Translations under genes and position numbers: made by a program | The notes under the pieces: generated by a model | Databases searched by the model: none | What the model was told of the DNA's origin: nothing | The model's input: the letters and a program-made list of their open reading frames with translations, nothing else | Part shown: in pieces, positions 1 through 11,984 of the stretch | Layout: each line of letters starts with the position of its first letter | Position numbering within the stretch: position 1 is the stretch's first letter | Assembly: GCF_009914755.1 (NCBI RefSeq) | Contig: NC_060925.1 | From: the human T2T-CHM13v2.0 reference genome, Homo sapiens | Reading direction: 5' to 3' (one strand) | DNA length: 64,000 nt

Positions 1-224
1 AGGAGGAGGCCAGAAGGATGGCTCTGCCTTTCTCTCCCACTCCAAGGCTCCACAGTGTTCAAAGGGTGTAGGGACAGATTCTGTTAGCTGACCACATAGT
101 GGCCTATGCCTGCCTATAGGTGTGAGGGATGGGACAGGAGCTTGGGGAAACTTTCTGCTTATCCCTTGCCCTCAGAGACCGTCTCTGGGTCACCTGATAC
201 GCACCCCAACTCCTCCTTCATGTG

Positions 225-350
225 TTCATTCAATAATCATTTGTTCGTCTGACTCCATGCCCAGTTTGTGGGGGTCCTGAGGACGACATGAATGGACCTG
301 GTTCCAGCTCTTAGGAGATCCCAGACTGATGTGGAGAATGAGAAACAGAT
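225..350 (-). mobile_element. L2 LINE 3' end fragment
   Basis: TCATTCAATAATCATTTGTT... followed by degenerate L2 3' end sequence in reverse orientation. Confidence 0.5.
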
Positions 351-963
351 GTAAACAGATACTGGAGGTGCTGCGATGGCTCTTCACCACACAACAGCGT
401 GAGGAAGAGCCAGCACTGCACCCCAACATGTATTGAGCACTTAATATGTGCCAGGAACCAGGCCTCGTCTTTTTACAGGAAGGGAAGTCCTGTCCCAGGA
501 CTAGTGAGCCCACAGTGGGGTAGTGTCCTCCCGGTTCCACTCCTGCCCTGCCAAAGCCAGCCAGGGATAATGCAACTGGCTGCTTCCTCCATGTCTGTGC
601 TAGGTCTCCAGCAACTACTGAAAACGCTGCATGCCAAGGAGGACAGGTACCATCACCAGGGCACAGGTGCCACCCGTGGCTGTCACCAGTGTCACCGAGC
701 CCTCCTGTGACTTTCCCTTTCTCCCCTAGAACTATTCCAGGCCTCTGTCCTTCTCAACTTCTGCATCCAACCCCAGTCCTGCCACTCCCTGCAGGTTGCC
801 TTCACCCCTTCAGTACTGGGAAATAGAGGCCATAGGGCACTCACCCCACCTTTTGTGATCTGTGTCGTCTCCCAGCTCAGGCACCTTTGGCTCAGGTACT
901 CAGGTCAGTACTTCCCAATGGGCTCCGTCTCATTCTGCCTCTGTAGACCAAGTTGACCATGCC

Positions 964-964
<1 letters not shown>

Positions 965-996
<32 letters not shown>

Positions 997-1012
997 TCTC
1001 TCTCTCTCTCTC
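965..1012. repeat. Compound (TC)n(CA)n(TC)n microsatellite
   Basis: Directly visible dinucleotide runs. Confidence 0.95.
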
Positions 1013-1303
1013 CATTTTTTCAGTTTCTTTAGCTCCACCACTTCGCACTTTCCTGTTTACAAGCTACTCAGACTTTTCCCACCCTTGACCTTAAAATAAA
1101 TTCTCTTCATACCCCTCAGCCCCTTGAGCCACTGCTTTCTTGCCTTATCAGCAGCCACTATTTGAAGGAATTGCCTTGGTTCTCTCTTTTCATTTTGTGA
1201 CTTCCTGTTTCAGCTTCCTGGATAACCCATTCCCCATGCACTTCATCTGACATATGCTGACTCATTCCTCCAGACCCAGCTCAAATGTTGCCTCTTTTGG
1301 GAC

Positions 1304-1800
1304 AGTGCAGCAGATGCTGTTGCTACCGCATGCCCGTGACCCATCCTGGGTTGTCCTGAAGTGGTGTCAGTTCCTGGCACCCTGGCAGCACCCCTGCTTG
1401 CATGTATCATCTCTTCTCTGCCCGTGGGCTTTCTCTGGCACCATGGAAGCTCACCTGGGAGCAGGCACAGTGTTCCTGCATGGAGGACCCAACATAGGCC
1501 AGGAGCAATCCCCTAATGATGGAGATGAGTGTCAATGGGTAAAAAGACCCCAGCCTCCCCAACCTCTAAGAGGCATTTCTGATGTGTGCTCCACACGATT
1601 CCTCAGAGGTCCCCAGTGGGATGAGCCCAGCTGCTGTCAGTGGTCAGTCAGCATCGATCAACCTTCCCTTTGTTGGCTTTGCTCCTTTCCTGAATCATTC
1701 TTTGCACCTCTTCACTGTGCTCCCTGGAATCACCTCCTGAATAAACAACCAGGACCCAAGTGCTTTTCTGAGTCTGTCTTGGGGCCACCCATCTAGGGTA
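1304..1800 (+). mobile_element. ERVL-class solo LTR, LTR16A-like
   Basis: Resembles recalled LTR16 consensus: ...ACCCCAGCCTCCC...CAGAGGTCCCCAGTGGGATGAGCCCAG...CCTGGAATCACCTCCTGAATAAACAACC. Confidence 0.55.
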
Positions 1801-2904
1801 GATGCCTGCTCTACCCAACCTTCAAAGGAGTGAAGTGCTGCCTCCTCCTCCTCCTCCTCTCTGATGCCCACTAGGGAACTTCTTGTGCCAGAATTTTTAT
1901 GTCCTGTGCAAGACTGCAAGCATCTTGGTGAAGTCTGGTTATTATGATCTTTGTATTCTCATCACCAAGTAGAATGCCCTGGAAAAGAGATGGCTATAAA
2001 GTGTTTGTTGAGAGAGTAAGAAAGTGAATGATTGAACACATGAATAAGAAACGAGTCCACAGGGTATCTACGCTATCTGCCCAGATTCTGTGAGGCAAGT
2101 TATATGAAGGCATCTGATCCTCTCAAAGCCAAACTTCACCAACACCAGAAGGTCTACACTTGCATACCCAGGCCAGTCTTGGAGGCCCTTTGCTCTGCAC
2201 ACCAAGCCTCCACCCTTTCTCCATGAAACAGTGTGCTCTGTGCAGCACATGGCATCTTCCTTCCAGGAGAATTCCTCAGAGTGCTGAGCCTCTTGGTGGG
2301 AGATTCCAACTCCAGTTAAATAAAAGCTAGAGGGGCGCAGTGAAAAGCTATGATAATCTGGATAATCGAATGCCCACCTCTCCAGAGATGTCATGTTAGA
2401 GGGATGGGTTTGTTTTTAGCTGGACTTGTGGGCTTATCCAGAAGCACCATCTATTTGCAGCTAATGAGAATAGCACCAGGGAATAATCATTTCCATAAAT
2501 CAGTTTATTTGGCTCAAATGGATCCATGGATCAAGGTCCCTGGAGGAGCAATGAAAGTCGTTGTTGGGGAGTTGAAGTGGCTGCTTGAAAGCTGAGGTTG
2601 GCTGAGTTGTGTAGCCCATGTAGGCTTTTATTCCCTGGGGAGGGATGGGACACTGAGCATGCCCAGGATGCCTGGGACATTCAAATGCAGCATCCTTGTC
2701 CCACAAACAATCATTTTACCACAAGAAAAAAGGCTTTCAGAAGTGGCAGAATGACCCAAGGTTACACTGTAAGTTGGTGGTGGGAGTCGGAGTCTTAATG
2801 TAGATGACTCCACCCCTGATTTCTCTGCAGGGCAGGCAGGGTGGGGACTACACTGAAATCCAAGAAACATTCTGGACTGGTTTAGAGGATTTTGCCTGAC
2901 ACTA

Positions 2905-3040
2905 TGTTAAAGACACTGGCCTGGGAATTAGAGAATTTGGAATCTGGTTTTGGCTCCGCCCTTCACTTGCTGTGTGACATTGGGCAAATCTATTTCCTTC
3001 GCTGGGCTTCAGTTTCTCTATCTGTACAATGAAAAAGTTG
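2905..3040 (+). mobile_element. MIR SINE
   Basis: MIR core: CTTGCTGTGTGACATTGGGCAAATC...CTTCAGTTTCTCTATCTGTACAATG. Confidence 0.75.
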
Positions 3041-3258
3041 GTGACCTTTAAAGGGATTCTTTGTTTCAGAAATCTATGGCACTCTGGACCTCAGTTTCCC
3101 CGTATTTTAAGTGGGTACAATGCTGGGCTATCTAGGATGCTATGAGTATTTTGTGAAGTCCAGAAGCTCCTTAGCACAGCTGGATGGAAGTAAACAATGG
3201 AACAGTATTATCATCACTCATCTACAGTGAGGTGGTACTGAAGCTAGTTGCCTATATA

Positions 3259-3298
3259 AGCTGCTAGGTGGAGTGAGGAGCTGCTAGGTGGAGTGAGG
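3259..3298. repeat. Perfect 2 x 20-bp tandem duplication
   Basis: AGCTGCTAGGTGGAGTGAGG twice in tandem. Confidence 0.95.
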
Positions 3299-3720
3299 AA
3301 AAAACCAATGTGTCACTCCCATCATCCCTGTCCACAAAGTCAAGCAGTTTTCACAGTGGGGGAGGGTCCTTCGGGTAAGCTGGGGGTGGGTCTCTGAGGC
3401 CAGGTCCCTTTTGCTGTTCCACACGTGAGTTGGAAGCTCAGGCCTCAGGCTTCCAGCACAAAAACCTTAGAAGTATGGGTTGTGAGCAAAGAGCAAGGTA
3501 CAGAAGGAAAATGAGAAAGAGTGGGGGTCAGGGGAGAGGCGGGGAGAGGACAGGTTTCTATCTTTAGTACAAAATGTCAAAAGCATGGGCTCTAGAAATG
3601 GAGAAACCTGAAATCAAAGGCTGGCTCCATTACTCACTAATTCAGTGACTAATTCAGAGATAGTTACCCAGTTCTAATTCTGTTTTCATATTCATAAAAT
3701 GGAAATGAGAATGGCATCAC

Positions 3721-4015
3721 TTTTTTTCTTTTTAAGAGATAGGATCTTGCTCTGTTGCTTAGACTGGAGTGCAGTGGCATGACCATAGCTCACTGCAGCC
3801 TTGACCTCCTGGACTCAGGGGATCCTCCTGCCTTAGCCTCCCGAGTAGTTAGGACTTCAGGTGCTCATCACCACATGTGGCGAATTTTTATTTTTTTGTA
3901 GAGATGGGGTTTTGCTATGTTGCCCAGGTTGGTCTCCAACTCCTGGCCTAAACAGTACTCCCGCCTTGGCCTCCCAAAGTGCTGGGATTACAAGTGTGAG
4001 CCATTGTGCCCTGCC
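3721..4015 (-). mobile_element. AluJ-type SINE inserted in a MIR
   Basis: Full dimeric Alu in reverse orientation, T-rich tail at left; flanking direct repeat AGAATGGCA at 3708-3716 and 4016-4024. Confidence 0.95.
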
Positions 4016-4319
4016 AGAATGGCACATTTCTCTGAGTGTAATGCTGGCACTTAGCTCTCCACTAGTCCAGTTTAAGTTCTCAATACTCAGTAGCCAGCAG
4101 TAGCAGCAGCAAAGTATGTAGAGTTGTTGCATATCTACAAAGCGATGTGTCCTTTGGGGTTGGGGGCACTGCAGAATATCTTCCTTGCTGACCATAAGGA
4201 CAGAAAGACAATGGGAGTTTTTTTTTTTTTCTGCAGAGAAATATACAAGTTTGCCCAAGAGGAGAGAGGCCGGAGAGGCAGTCAGACCCAGGCCTGACAT
4301 GTGAAGGAGTGAAGCTAAT

Positions 4320-4570
4320 GACTTTTTTATTACATTAATGAGAGCAGGAATTATTTGCATCTGCCTGACAGTAATTACATTAGTGTGGAGTTCATGTACT
4401 ACATTAGTTGTGAGTTCATATACTACTGATAATTATAATGATTATTATAGTAAGGAGCCAAAGGTAAAAGGTAAAAGTTCATGTCAATAGATCAATCAGG
4501 AAGAAATGTAAATGAAGAACCATGAGCAAATTACTGTCACATGTATAAACAATGGGTGTGACCATTAAGT
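4320..4570. promoter_or_regulatory. Candidate developmental enhancer (POU/TALE/homeodomain/SOX motif cluster)
   Basis: ATTTGCAT 4353-4360, TGACAG 4366-4371, TAATTA 4372-4377, ATCAATCA 4491-4498, CTGTCA 4534-4539, AACAAT 4548-4553 in non-repeat AT-rich DNA. Confidence 0.4.
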
Positions 4571-5039
4571 ATCTGGAGAGGAGATTCACAGTGATGGGGC
4601 ACTGACTGTGGCAGCCACCCTGGGGCACTCACAGGGGTTGTTTATATTCCTTCCTGGAATTTTACGACTGCTGAGTTGGGAAGATTCAATATCAAATGAG
4701 GAGCAGTAGGTTAAACAACATCCCTCAAGTCCCACAATGGGAAAGTAGAGAAGCCTGGACTCCAACCCAGCTCTGCCTGAAGCCAAGGCTCTGAACACTC
4801 ATCAGAGTGGGCCAACACCATGTCTGCAGTCTGGACCTTCCCAGGCCCAGCAAGATTGGGAGACAGAGCTACCCAGGACCAAGGGGTATAGATGCATGAG
4901 GTGTGGGGACCTTTTCTTCAGTGCTGATGGTCTGGACAGGAATTATAACCAGAGACCATGTCTGCAAGGCCAGGAGGCTGGAAATGATCAAACATATTTC
5001 CATGGGATGTTGCAGTAGCCTTAGATCATGGAGTGTATT

Positions 5040-5180
5040 GGCTGGAAAAGCCTTTAGGAACCATCTGGTGCAGCACCCTTATTTTAAAGGTGAGGAAACT
5101 GATATTCGAGGAGGGTGACTTGCCCAAGTTCATAGTTGAGCCAATGCTAAGAGAGGGAGACTTGAACCCTGGGTTTTACC
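5040..5180 (-). mobile_element. MIR SINE
   Basis: ATTTTAAAGGTGAGGAAACTGA...GTGACTTGCCCAAG. Confidence 0.7.
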
Positions 5181-6399
5181 CCTCCCTGTTTCCCCACAAC
5201 TGCCTAATGACTTTCTCTACCTGTTTGTAAGGATTCGGTGGCCTTGAAAAGAGCTGCCTAGATACAGTAGGTTTGGCCAGGTGAATTTTCTGTGAACTGG
5301 ACTTTGCCTTAGTGCCATCAGTTGAAAGTCACCAGGTTCCCCTTTCTGATCCACTCATGCTGTTTCCTGGAGAGCCTTCTCCAAGAAGGCAGGCTCTGTC
5401 CATGGTGCTGAATGGAATCCTTCTATTTCAACAAATGAGTACCGGCCTTAAAGTCCAGCCCATCTCTGTTCTTCCCCTGAGCCCTCCCCCTCCACTGCCC
5501 TCACCTACTCCAACCCTAAATGATGTTGCTGTTTGGGGTCTCTGGGCTATGTGATCCAAGTGAGTTTTCTATCTCTGATGAGCTCCGGCTACTGCTCCCT
5601 TACCAAGAGCATCAATGAGGGTTCCCTCAGCAACCTGTTAAATGCTTGTTGCCATAAGAGCCTTTATCAATCTTCAGTTAGTTTTGCTTTACCATGGATC
5701 CAGCTCATTTCTTTAGTAAAGCAGTGTAGGAGCTTTAATAATATTTTCCCAGAGAAGGGCCGAGGTCAGAATTAACGCCCCAAGGGGTCTAGTAATGAGG
5801 GAAGGAAACCATACATAATGAATTATGTGCCAGGTGATATGGTAGATGGTATTCATATGTTATGCATAATTAATCCCATTTCACAAATGTAAGAACAGAT
5901 TCAGAGAAGTTTGGGTACTTGCCTGAGATCTCCCAGCTCATATATGCAGAGACAATATACAAGCCTCTCCACTGCCTCCCTTCCCTGGAAAGCTGTTGGA
6001 TTTGGCTGTGGAAGACACACAACTTGCTCCTTGAGGCCTGAGGACTGTGTTCTTCCTAATTCCATGTGCCCAGGTCACCGAGTGAGCAGCGGGACCCCAG
6101 CAGCCAGAAAGAAGAGCCCACTCTGACATGTCTATATTTCTACTTGAAATTTTAGGACTGCTGAGTTGGGAAGATTCTTTTAGAAATGAAACCTTAACCC
6201 AAGTCCAGCATCACCAAATCAGTCAAGGGAAATAGTCGATAGAGAGTTTGGGGCTTGCGGTTAGCAGGTCTGGAGTTTAGTCCTGACTTGACTACTTCTT
6301 GGCTATCTGACCTCAGGCAAGTTACCTAACTTCTCTGAACCTCCTTAAAATGGTGTGGAAGGTTAAATGCAGCACCTACAAGACCTGGTCCCCAGCTTA

Positions 6400-6690
6400 C
6401 TTCTGGAAACTTCCCTTTCTCCTCTTTCCAGTCCACCCACTTGGTCATTTCAGAATATACCATGACTGAATTAGGACTCACTCTCTGTACATAGTTGATT
6501 GGTTCAAATATGAGGTTCTGACCCAAGCAAATAGAACCTTCTGGGCATTTGAAGTTAGAATTGAAAAGGGTGAGTCTCCTCTTGCCCTGGTGGAGGATAC
6601 TGAGCTTTTGTAAGCTTGGGAGTTAATGGCAGCCATGTTCCTGGGGTGGGTGGTTTGGGGGGGACTGTGGCAGGGAACACATGTCTGCAG
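6400..6690 (+). mobile_element. MaLR LTR fragment (old MLT1)
   Basis: TTGATTGGTTCA...TGACCCAAGC...GCTTGGGAGTTAATGGCAGCCATGTT resembles the MLT1J/K/L body. Confidence 0.45.
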
Positions 6691-7964
6691 GAAGAAAGCA
6701 AAGCAAAAGCAAGCAAAGCAAAAGCAAGCAAACAAAAACCACAAACAACAACGACAACAACAAAAACTTCTCATAGAGGGAAACTGAGCAAGAGGAAGAG
6801 GGCACTTCCTGTATTGGCCTCTCACCAACCCATCCCCAGCATGCATCTCAGCCCTTGGATTCCAAATGCTCCTCCGAAATCTGCACCTTTGTTGAGGTTA
6901 GCTAGAGTTGGCTGCCATTCCTTGAAATAAAAAAAAGCCTAATAAAATTAATATAAACATAGGTACTAAAGACCACAGTCCTAGGCAGGGCATTCAATGC
7001 CTTTTGCCCTCACTCAACAAAAACAATGATGCAATGCATCAGGCCTGCAAAGTCCCTGGGGGACCTTTCCTTTCCCCAACACCACCCTGTGCTTTTGGCA
7101 TTACCTCTAACCAAATGTCTCTCCCCGCTTTGAAGACTTTCTGTCTAACCTCTGATCACACTCCAATGCCACTTCCTCAGGATGGTCTTCCAGGATTGCC
7201 TTGGCAGAGCCAGTCCCAGTCCTTTGTCCATGAGCTGCACATGATGGGTGTCACTGAGACACTGGACCTGGAGGCTCTGAGTCCCCAGTTCAGGTAGAGT
7301 ACCCTGGCTGCCTTAGGCCCTTGAGCAGGTAAAGGATAAAAATAGTGGTGCCACCCTAGGCATAAGGTTTTGTGGGCCAGTCCCACTCCCTAGTGGGTCT
7401 CCCTGGTTCTCTGGGCCTCTGCTTCAGGGTCCCCAATACTCCACAGCCCCTGAATGCTTGGGTCTTGAGCCCCTGGGCCAAGCACTGAGGACAGACTTCA
7501 TGCTGGTGGATCCCTTTTCCCCTCCTTCCATGTTCTGGGAGACCAGGGATCTGCCTTCACCTTGCCCACTTATGCCTGCGTCCTACTCTGAGTTGGTTTG
7601 CCTCTGCCTTCCATGTCCCTGACAGGCAAGAGTCCTGGAGAATGGGGGCCAAGGTGGTTTCTCCCAGGCCCTGTTCTATCATCCCCACCTTTGACTCCCT
7701 GTCCTGCAACTCCTAACACCACCCTGAACGGGGCCCAGAAACTGCTCAACTCCCAGTGCCCCTGGACAAATGAAAAGGAATGAGTGAATGAATGAGTGAG
7801 AGACTCCCACCCATAGGAGTCCATTTGTCCTTGGCTTGTTGGGTGGGACCTGCTCCCTGATGGGGGAGGTGAAAGCCACCTGGAGACCCAAGGTCATTGG
7901 GAACACACAGGCACCACTCAAGCCCACCTGTCTCCTAATAGGAGCTCACGGCAGCTGCTCAACA

Positions 7965-8090
7965 TGTGATTGGCTGAACAAATAAGCTCATCTGATTGGT
8001 CCATCTGACTGGCAGTCCCTGCTGATTGGTTCCTCCTCTGATTTGCTTGCTTGATAAATACCTTCCTCCCCAGTCCTGGGTTATTTAAGG
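7965..8090 (+). promoter_or_regulatory. Clustered inverted CCAAT boxes with TATA-like element
   Basis: TGATTGG with ATTGG at 7969, 7995, 8025; degenerate CTGACTGG and CTGATTTG; TATTTAA at 8082-8088. Confidence 0.4.
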
Positions 8091-9278
8091 CACCCACCTT
8101 CCTATGGTTTATTCATCCTGGCTGCAGCCCAGGAGTCTAGCAGAGACCACAGCCTTTGAGAGCACCTGGGCATTTGGCTCTTCCAGGGGCCATTGGGACT
8201 GTGGTGGGCAGTCCAGTCTCCAGTCTGTCCCAAATTTCTTTCTTTTCCTACTCCCAAGTGGAGAGCTGGAATAGCTGACTTGGAAAAGTCTTTTTCCACG
8301 AGTCTTACCCTTGAGCCCTTTGACCTAAAAAACCAGCACAGGGATGCCACTCTCACCTTCTGTGGGCTTAGGGGGATGGATACAGTCATGTCAGGGAAAC
8401 CCTTGCTTTCCCAGGATCCTACAAACCAAAAGGTGCACAGGTCACGTAGAGGACCTCTGGGGTGTTTGTCTGGAAGCCCTCTTACCTCTTCCAGAATTAC
8501 CTTTGTGGTGAGGAGCCAGTTCCATGTGGTGGAGCTGAGGGTGCATTCCTAGTCTTCCCAGAGATTTGACAGGTGGACACTTGGAGGGAGAAGGTCTCTC
8601 CTCTGGGATGACAAGCTGCAAGGACCTTGGAGCCTGGGGCAGTGCATCTTCCCCATGGGGAGGAGAAAGTCTGCCTGAGGAGGGCATGAACAGAGGCAAG
8701 CAGAGCCAAGAGGCTTGTGCATTCTGGAAGATTGAGAGGAGGCCCCATGAGCTGCAGGGCTGAGAAGAAAGAAGGGACGAGGCTGAGGTGGTCACTGGGG
8801 AATCTCCCTGCCCCTGGCCCTGGGGCTGGGTCATCCCTTCCCCAGCCCTGTCTGTGCCACACCCTGTGTTGGGCATTAAAGCTCCTGGGGTTGAGGACAG
8901 GAGTGATGAAGACCTCTCTTGGCTGACTGAGCTCCCTCCTCCACCCCCAGCCTGTGGTTCTACTGACCCTGAAGGGGCCCAGGGTCGGGGACTGGCAGTC
9001 AGGGGATGGAGGTGCATGTGCTGGTCATGTGGCCACAGCCCAGGACCAGATCTGGGCCATGGATTCCCACAGATGGAATCGGTCAGATTCCTGGGCTCAA
9101 AGGAGCAACATCCAAAACTGAGGCCTTCCCCAACCTCCTCCCGAGTTACCTAAACAAGTGAGAGGGTGCAGTGGGCCCTTTCCTGGCTTCCTGACAGTCC
9201 AGCCAGACCGATTTCACTACCCTGAGCATAACAGCTTAAAGTTGAAGCCGTGAGCACCAGTCAGGAGCAGGTACTTAC

Positions 9279-9431
9279 AGACAGATTACCTGTACCGCGA
9301 AGTTGCTGGGTTTTACATGCTCACACTCAGTGGTATTTCATGTTGCAGGTTAAGGTTAGTACATCTTTAAGAGCCACAACTTCTCAGAAACTTGTGAATT
9401 TCGTAGATTCATCCTCCTTTGTGGATCTGTC
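9279..9431 (-). ncRNA. Candidate spliced non-coding exon
   Basis: Minus strand: pyrimidine tract ...TTTCTTGTTTGCTCTTCTCTCTCAG|G before 9431; donors CAG|GTAATC (exon end 9290) and TCT|GTAAGT (exon end 9279); stops in all three frames. Confidence 0.35.
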
Positions 9432-9984
9432 CTGAGAGAGAAGAGCAAACAAGAAATACTGTCATTTAAAGAAAAGAAGGAAAGGTAAAAACTGTACGGT
9501 GGAAATTACTTTTTACATAGTATGTCTTGAAAGTAACGATTGCATTTTCCTACATTGTCACTGATGAGCCCCTGGCTGGTGAGGGTAGAGTGGGGCAGGT
9601 GATGCGGTTTGAATTGTGTATAATAGTACAAAGCAGACCCCAAAAGGTCTGTGCTCCTGTCACTAAGTGGAAAGGAAAACTGTCTTTTTTGATTCTTGGG
9701 GTGAATTGTCAGTTTTCACGGACACAGAAAATCCTTTTCCCGAGACTTAGTTGAGGCTAAACTCCCACTGTCGAAGCCTGGTAGAGGAAAAAAAAGCAGC
9801 AAAGAACAGGAGTAGGACAGCTCTGGACTTCATGTGGGATTCTGGAAGGGACAAACAAAACGAATGATGGCTATGGGAATGACAGCCTCTCCTGTGGGTC
9901 CAGTATTCACATCTGAAAGCCCCCTCCGCACCCCCCAGCTCGGGGTGATGCCCGCTGCTTTGATCAGGCATCTTCTGTCTTCTG

Positions 9985-10150
9985 TGCTGGGCCCCATGCC
10001 AGGCACTTTATAAGGATTATCTCCCTGATTCTGCACCATGACTTGGAGGGACTTGCTATTATTTTCCCCATATTGCAGATGAGGAAACTGGGGCTCAGGA
10101 AAAGAGAAGGGCTTGCCTAGGGTCACATAGCCAGGAGGCAGTGGAGGAGG
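9985..10150 (-). mobile_element. MIR SINE
   Basis: CCCATATTGCAGATGAGGAAACTGGGGCTCAG...GCTTGCCTAGGGTCACATAGC. Confidence 0.8.
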
Positions 10151-10749
10151 GCACAAGTCCTCGAAGTGTGACTATGGAGCTGAGGGTTAAATGAGGTGGT
10201 GGTGTGAATGGACAGGGTCGTGTAAATCTCCATAAATGTAAATTATAATGCTTTTGAACTGTGCTAGTTCACACAACCTCCAGGAGCACTAGCTCCCACG
10301 AGTGACTTTCATTCCAGTGGTTTTGCTGATGCTGGAATCCAATCAGAATGGGATTTTTTCTCTCTCCATTTTCCCAGCTCAATAAGAGTGGGACGAGGAG
10401 AAGTAGCCATCCAGGTGCAACCAGGAAAGAAATCACAGATGAAGAGAATTAAAGTTGCTCAGCAGCTGAGTGAGCTGCAATTAGTCTCATTTTCAACCTG
10501 TTTCCCACAATAACAGGAAAATCAAAGCCCTGTCCCTCCTCCTCCCCACCCCACCCCTCCAAAGCCTGACCCTAGCCCCAGCCCTGGAGGACCTGGATGC
10601 CCAGTGATCTGCATGTTCTCTGCTTACTGGGTGTGGAGAAGGGATGGGGATGAAGTTTACTAGGGGTATCAGGACCCCAAGTCCGCTTTCTAAGTCAACG
10701 AGCCCTTAAGAGCTGTGCGTGATTCTCCTCACTCGCTCTTTCTTTCTGC

Positions 10750-10911
10750 CTTAACAACCAGCATGTGTGAAGCGAGAATGGCGTGAATTGGAGCCCCAGG
10801 TAACCGACAAGGACAGGTAGCCTGAGTGAAAATGAGCCCTTGTGGTTTCAAGCCACCGAGATTCGAGGATGTTTGTACCACAACATCACTCATCTAGATG
10901 GATATTGATAC
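10750..10911 (+). mobile_element. MaLR LTR 3' fragment (MLT1)
   Basis: CTTGTGGTTTCAAGCCACCGAGATTCGAGGATGTTTGTACCACAACAT...GATAC typical of MLT1 ends. Confidence 0.5.
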
Positions 10912-11249
10912 GAAGATCAGTGCTTAGGGTTGGAGATGTAAACTTAGGAGTCATCAGAAATGGACAGAAAGCCACATTTGTTTCTCAGATTAGATGAACC
11001 TGGGAGAGAGAGGAGGGCGAGAAATACCCTCTGTCTTTTCTATCTCTGATGTGAATGGGCTTCACTGTCTTCTCCCCACACCTGGCTCCATCTTAACCTC
11101 TCCCTACTTGAGTCCCGGGCTGATTCTCAGTCTTGCCTTCTCCCACCCCTGGCAGCTTGGACTCTCAGATCTCTGCATCTGCCCCTCCTCCTCCCCCACC
11201 CCATGGCCATGGTTCCAGGCATGTCAGTCCTGTGTGGGGATTGGGAACA

Positions 11250-11465
11250 TGGGCTGTGGGACGGGAAGTGCCAAGTTCAAGTCTGGGGTTTTCCATTTAC
11301 AAGCTGTGTGATACTAGGTCACTTAACTCTCTGAGCTTTGCTTTCCTGGAAAAAAGGGGACATTTGTATAACTTACTACATAGAGAGGTTACGAGTGTTA
11401 AATGAGGAGAAGCATTTGAAATGCTGAGTAGAGAGCTGGGCACATGGTTAAGCACTCAAGGTTTG
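11250..11465 (+). mobile_element. MIR SINE
   Basis: ACAAGCTGTGTGATACTAGGTCACTTAACTCTCTGAGC...TTAAATGAG...GGCACATGGTTAAGCACTCAA. Confidence 0.7.
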
Positions 11466-11501
11466 CTCCCTTGTGTAACCTCATTATTGTATGGTCAAGC
11501 T

Positions 11502-11805
11502 TGTGATGGTTAATTTTGTGCCAACTTGGGGAGTGTTTGTGGATGAGATCAATTTTTAAATTGGTGAACCTTGAGTCAGCAGACTGACCTCCATCATGTG
11601 GGGTGAGCCTCCTCCAATCCGTTGAAAGGCAAATAGAGAAAAAGATTGGTCCACTTGAGCAAGAAGGAATTCTCCAGCATACGGCCTTCAGACTTCACTG
11701 CCCCATTGGCTCTCCTGGATGTCTGCCTGCTGGGCCATACAACAGACTTGGACTCGCCAGTTTCCATAATTACATGGGCCAATCCCTTATAATAATCTCA
11801 CTCTT
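11502..11805 (+). mobile_element. ERVL LTR, MLT2D-like (partial solo LTR)
   Basis: Starts TGTGATGGTTAATTTTGTG; contains CTCCATCATGTGGGGTGAGCCTCCTCCAATCCGTTGAAAGGC and GAAGGAATTCTCCAGCA. Confidence 0.75.
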
Positions 11806-11984
11806 GCTCAAAAATCATTCATGGCTCCCTATTGCCAACAAAATAAGGAAGTGCAACCTCCTTGCCCTGGCATGTTTCTGACTCCGTCTCTTATGCCCTG
11901 CCCCTGACAGGTGCTGCCTGCATTCGAACGCCTTGCCTCACCTCATCCCCCTCACTGGTGGACCCACAAACATAGGCTCCCATG

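Noticed and set aside
2325-2340. CTCF-like GCTAGAGGGGCGC
   Set aside because: An extra G and missing 5' CC break the register of the core motif.
3857-4360. ORFs with Alu-like peptides (also 32676-32990, 45224-45484, 49406-49654, 61310-61594)
   Set aside because: Read-through of Alu sequence.
8442-9017. 191-aa ORF (also 12385-12969, 1254-1796, 53356-53901)
   Set aside because: Overlapping ORFs in several frames of GC-rich DNA, low-complexity composition, no recognisable domain; expected by chance.
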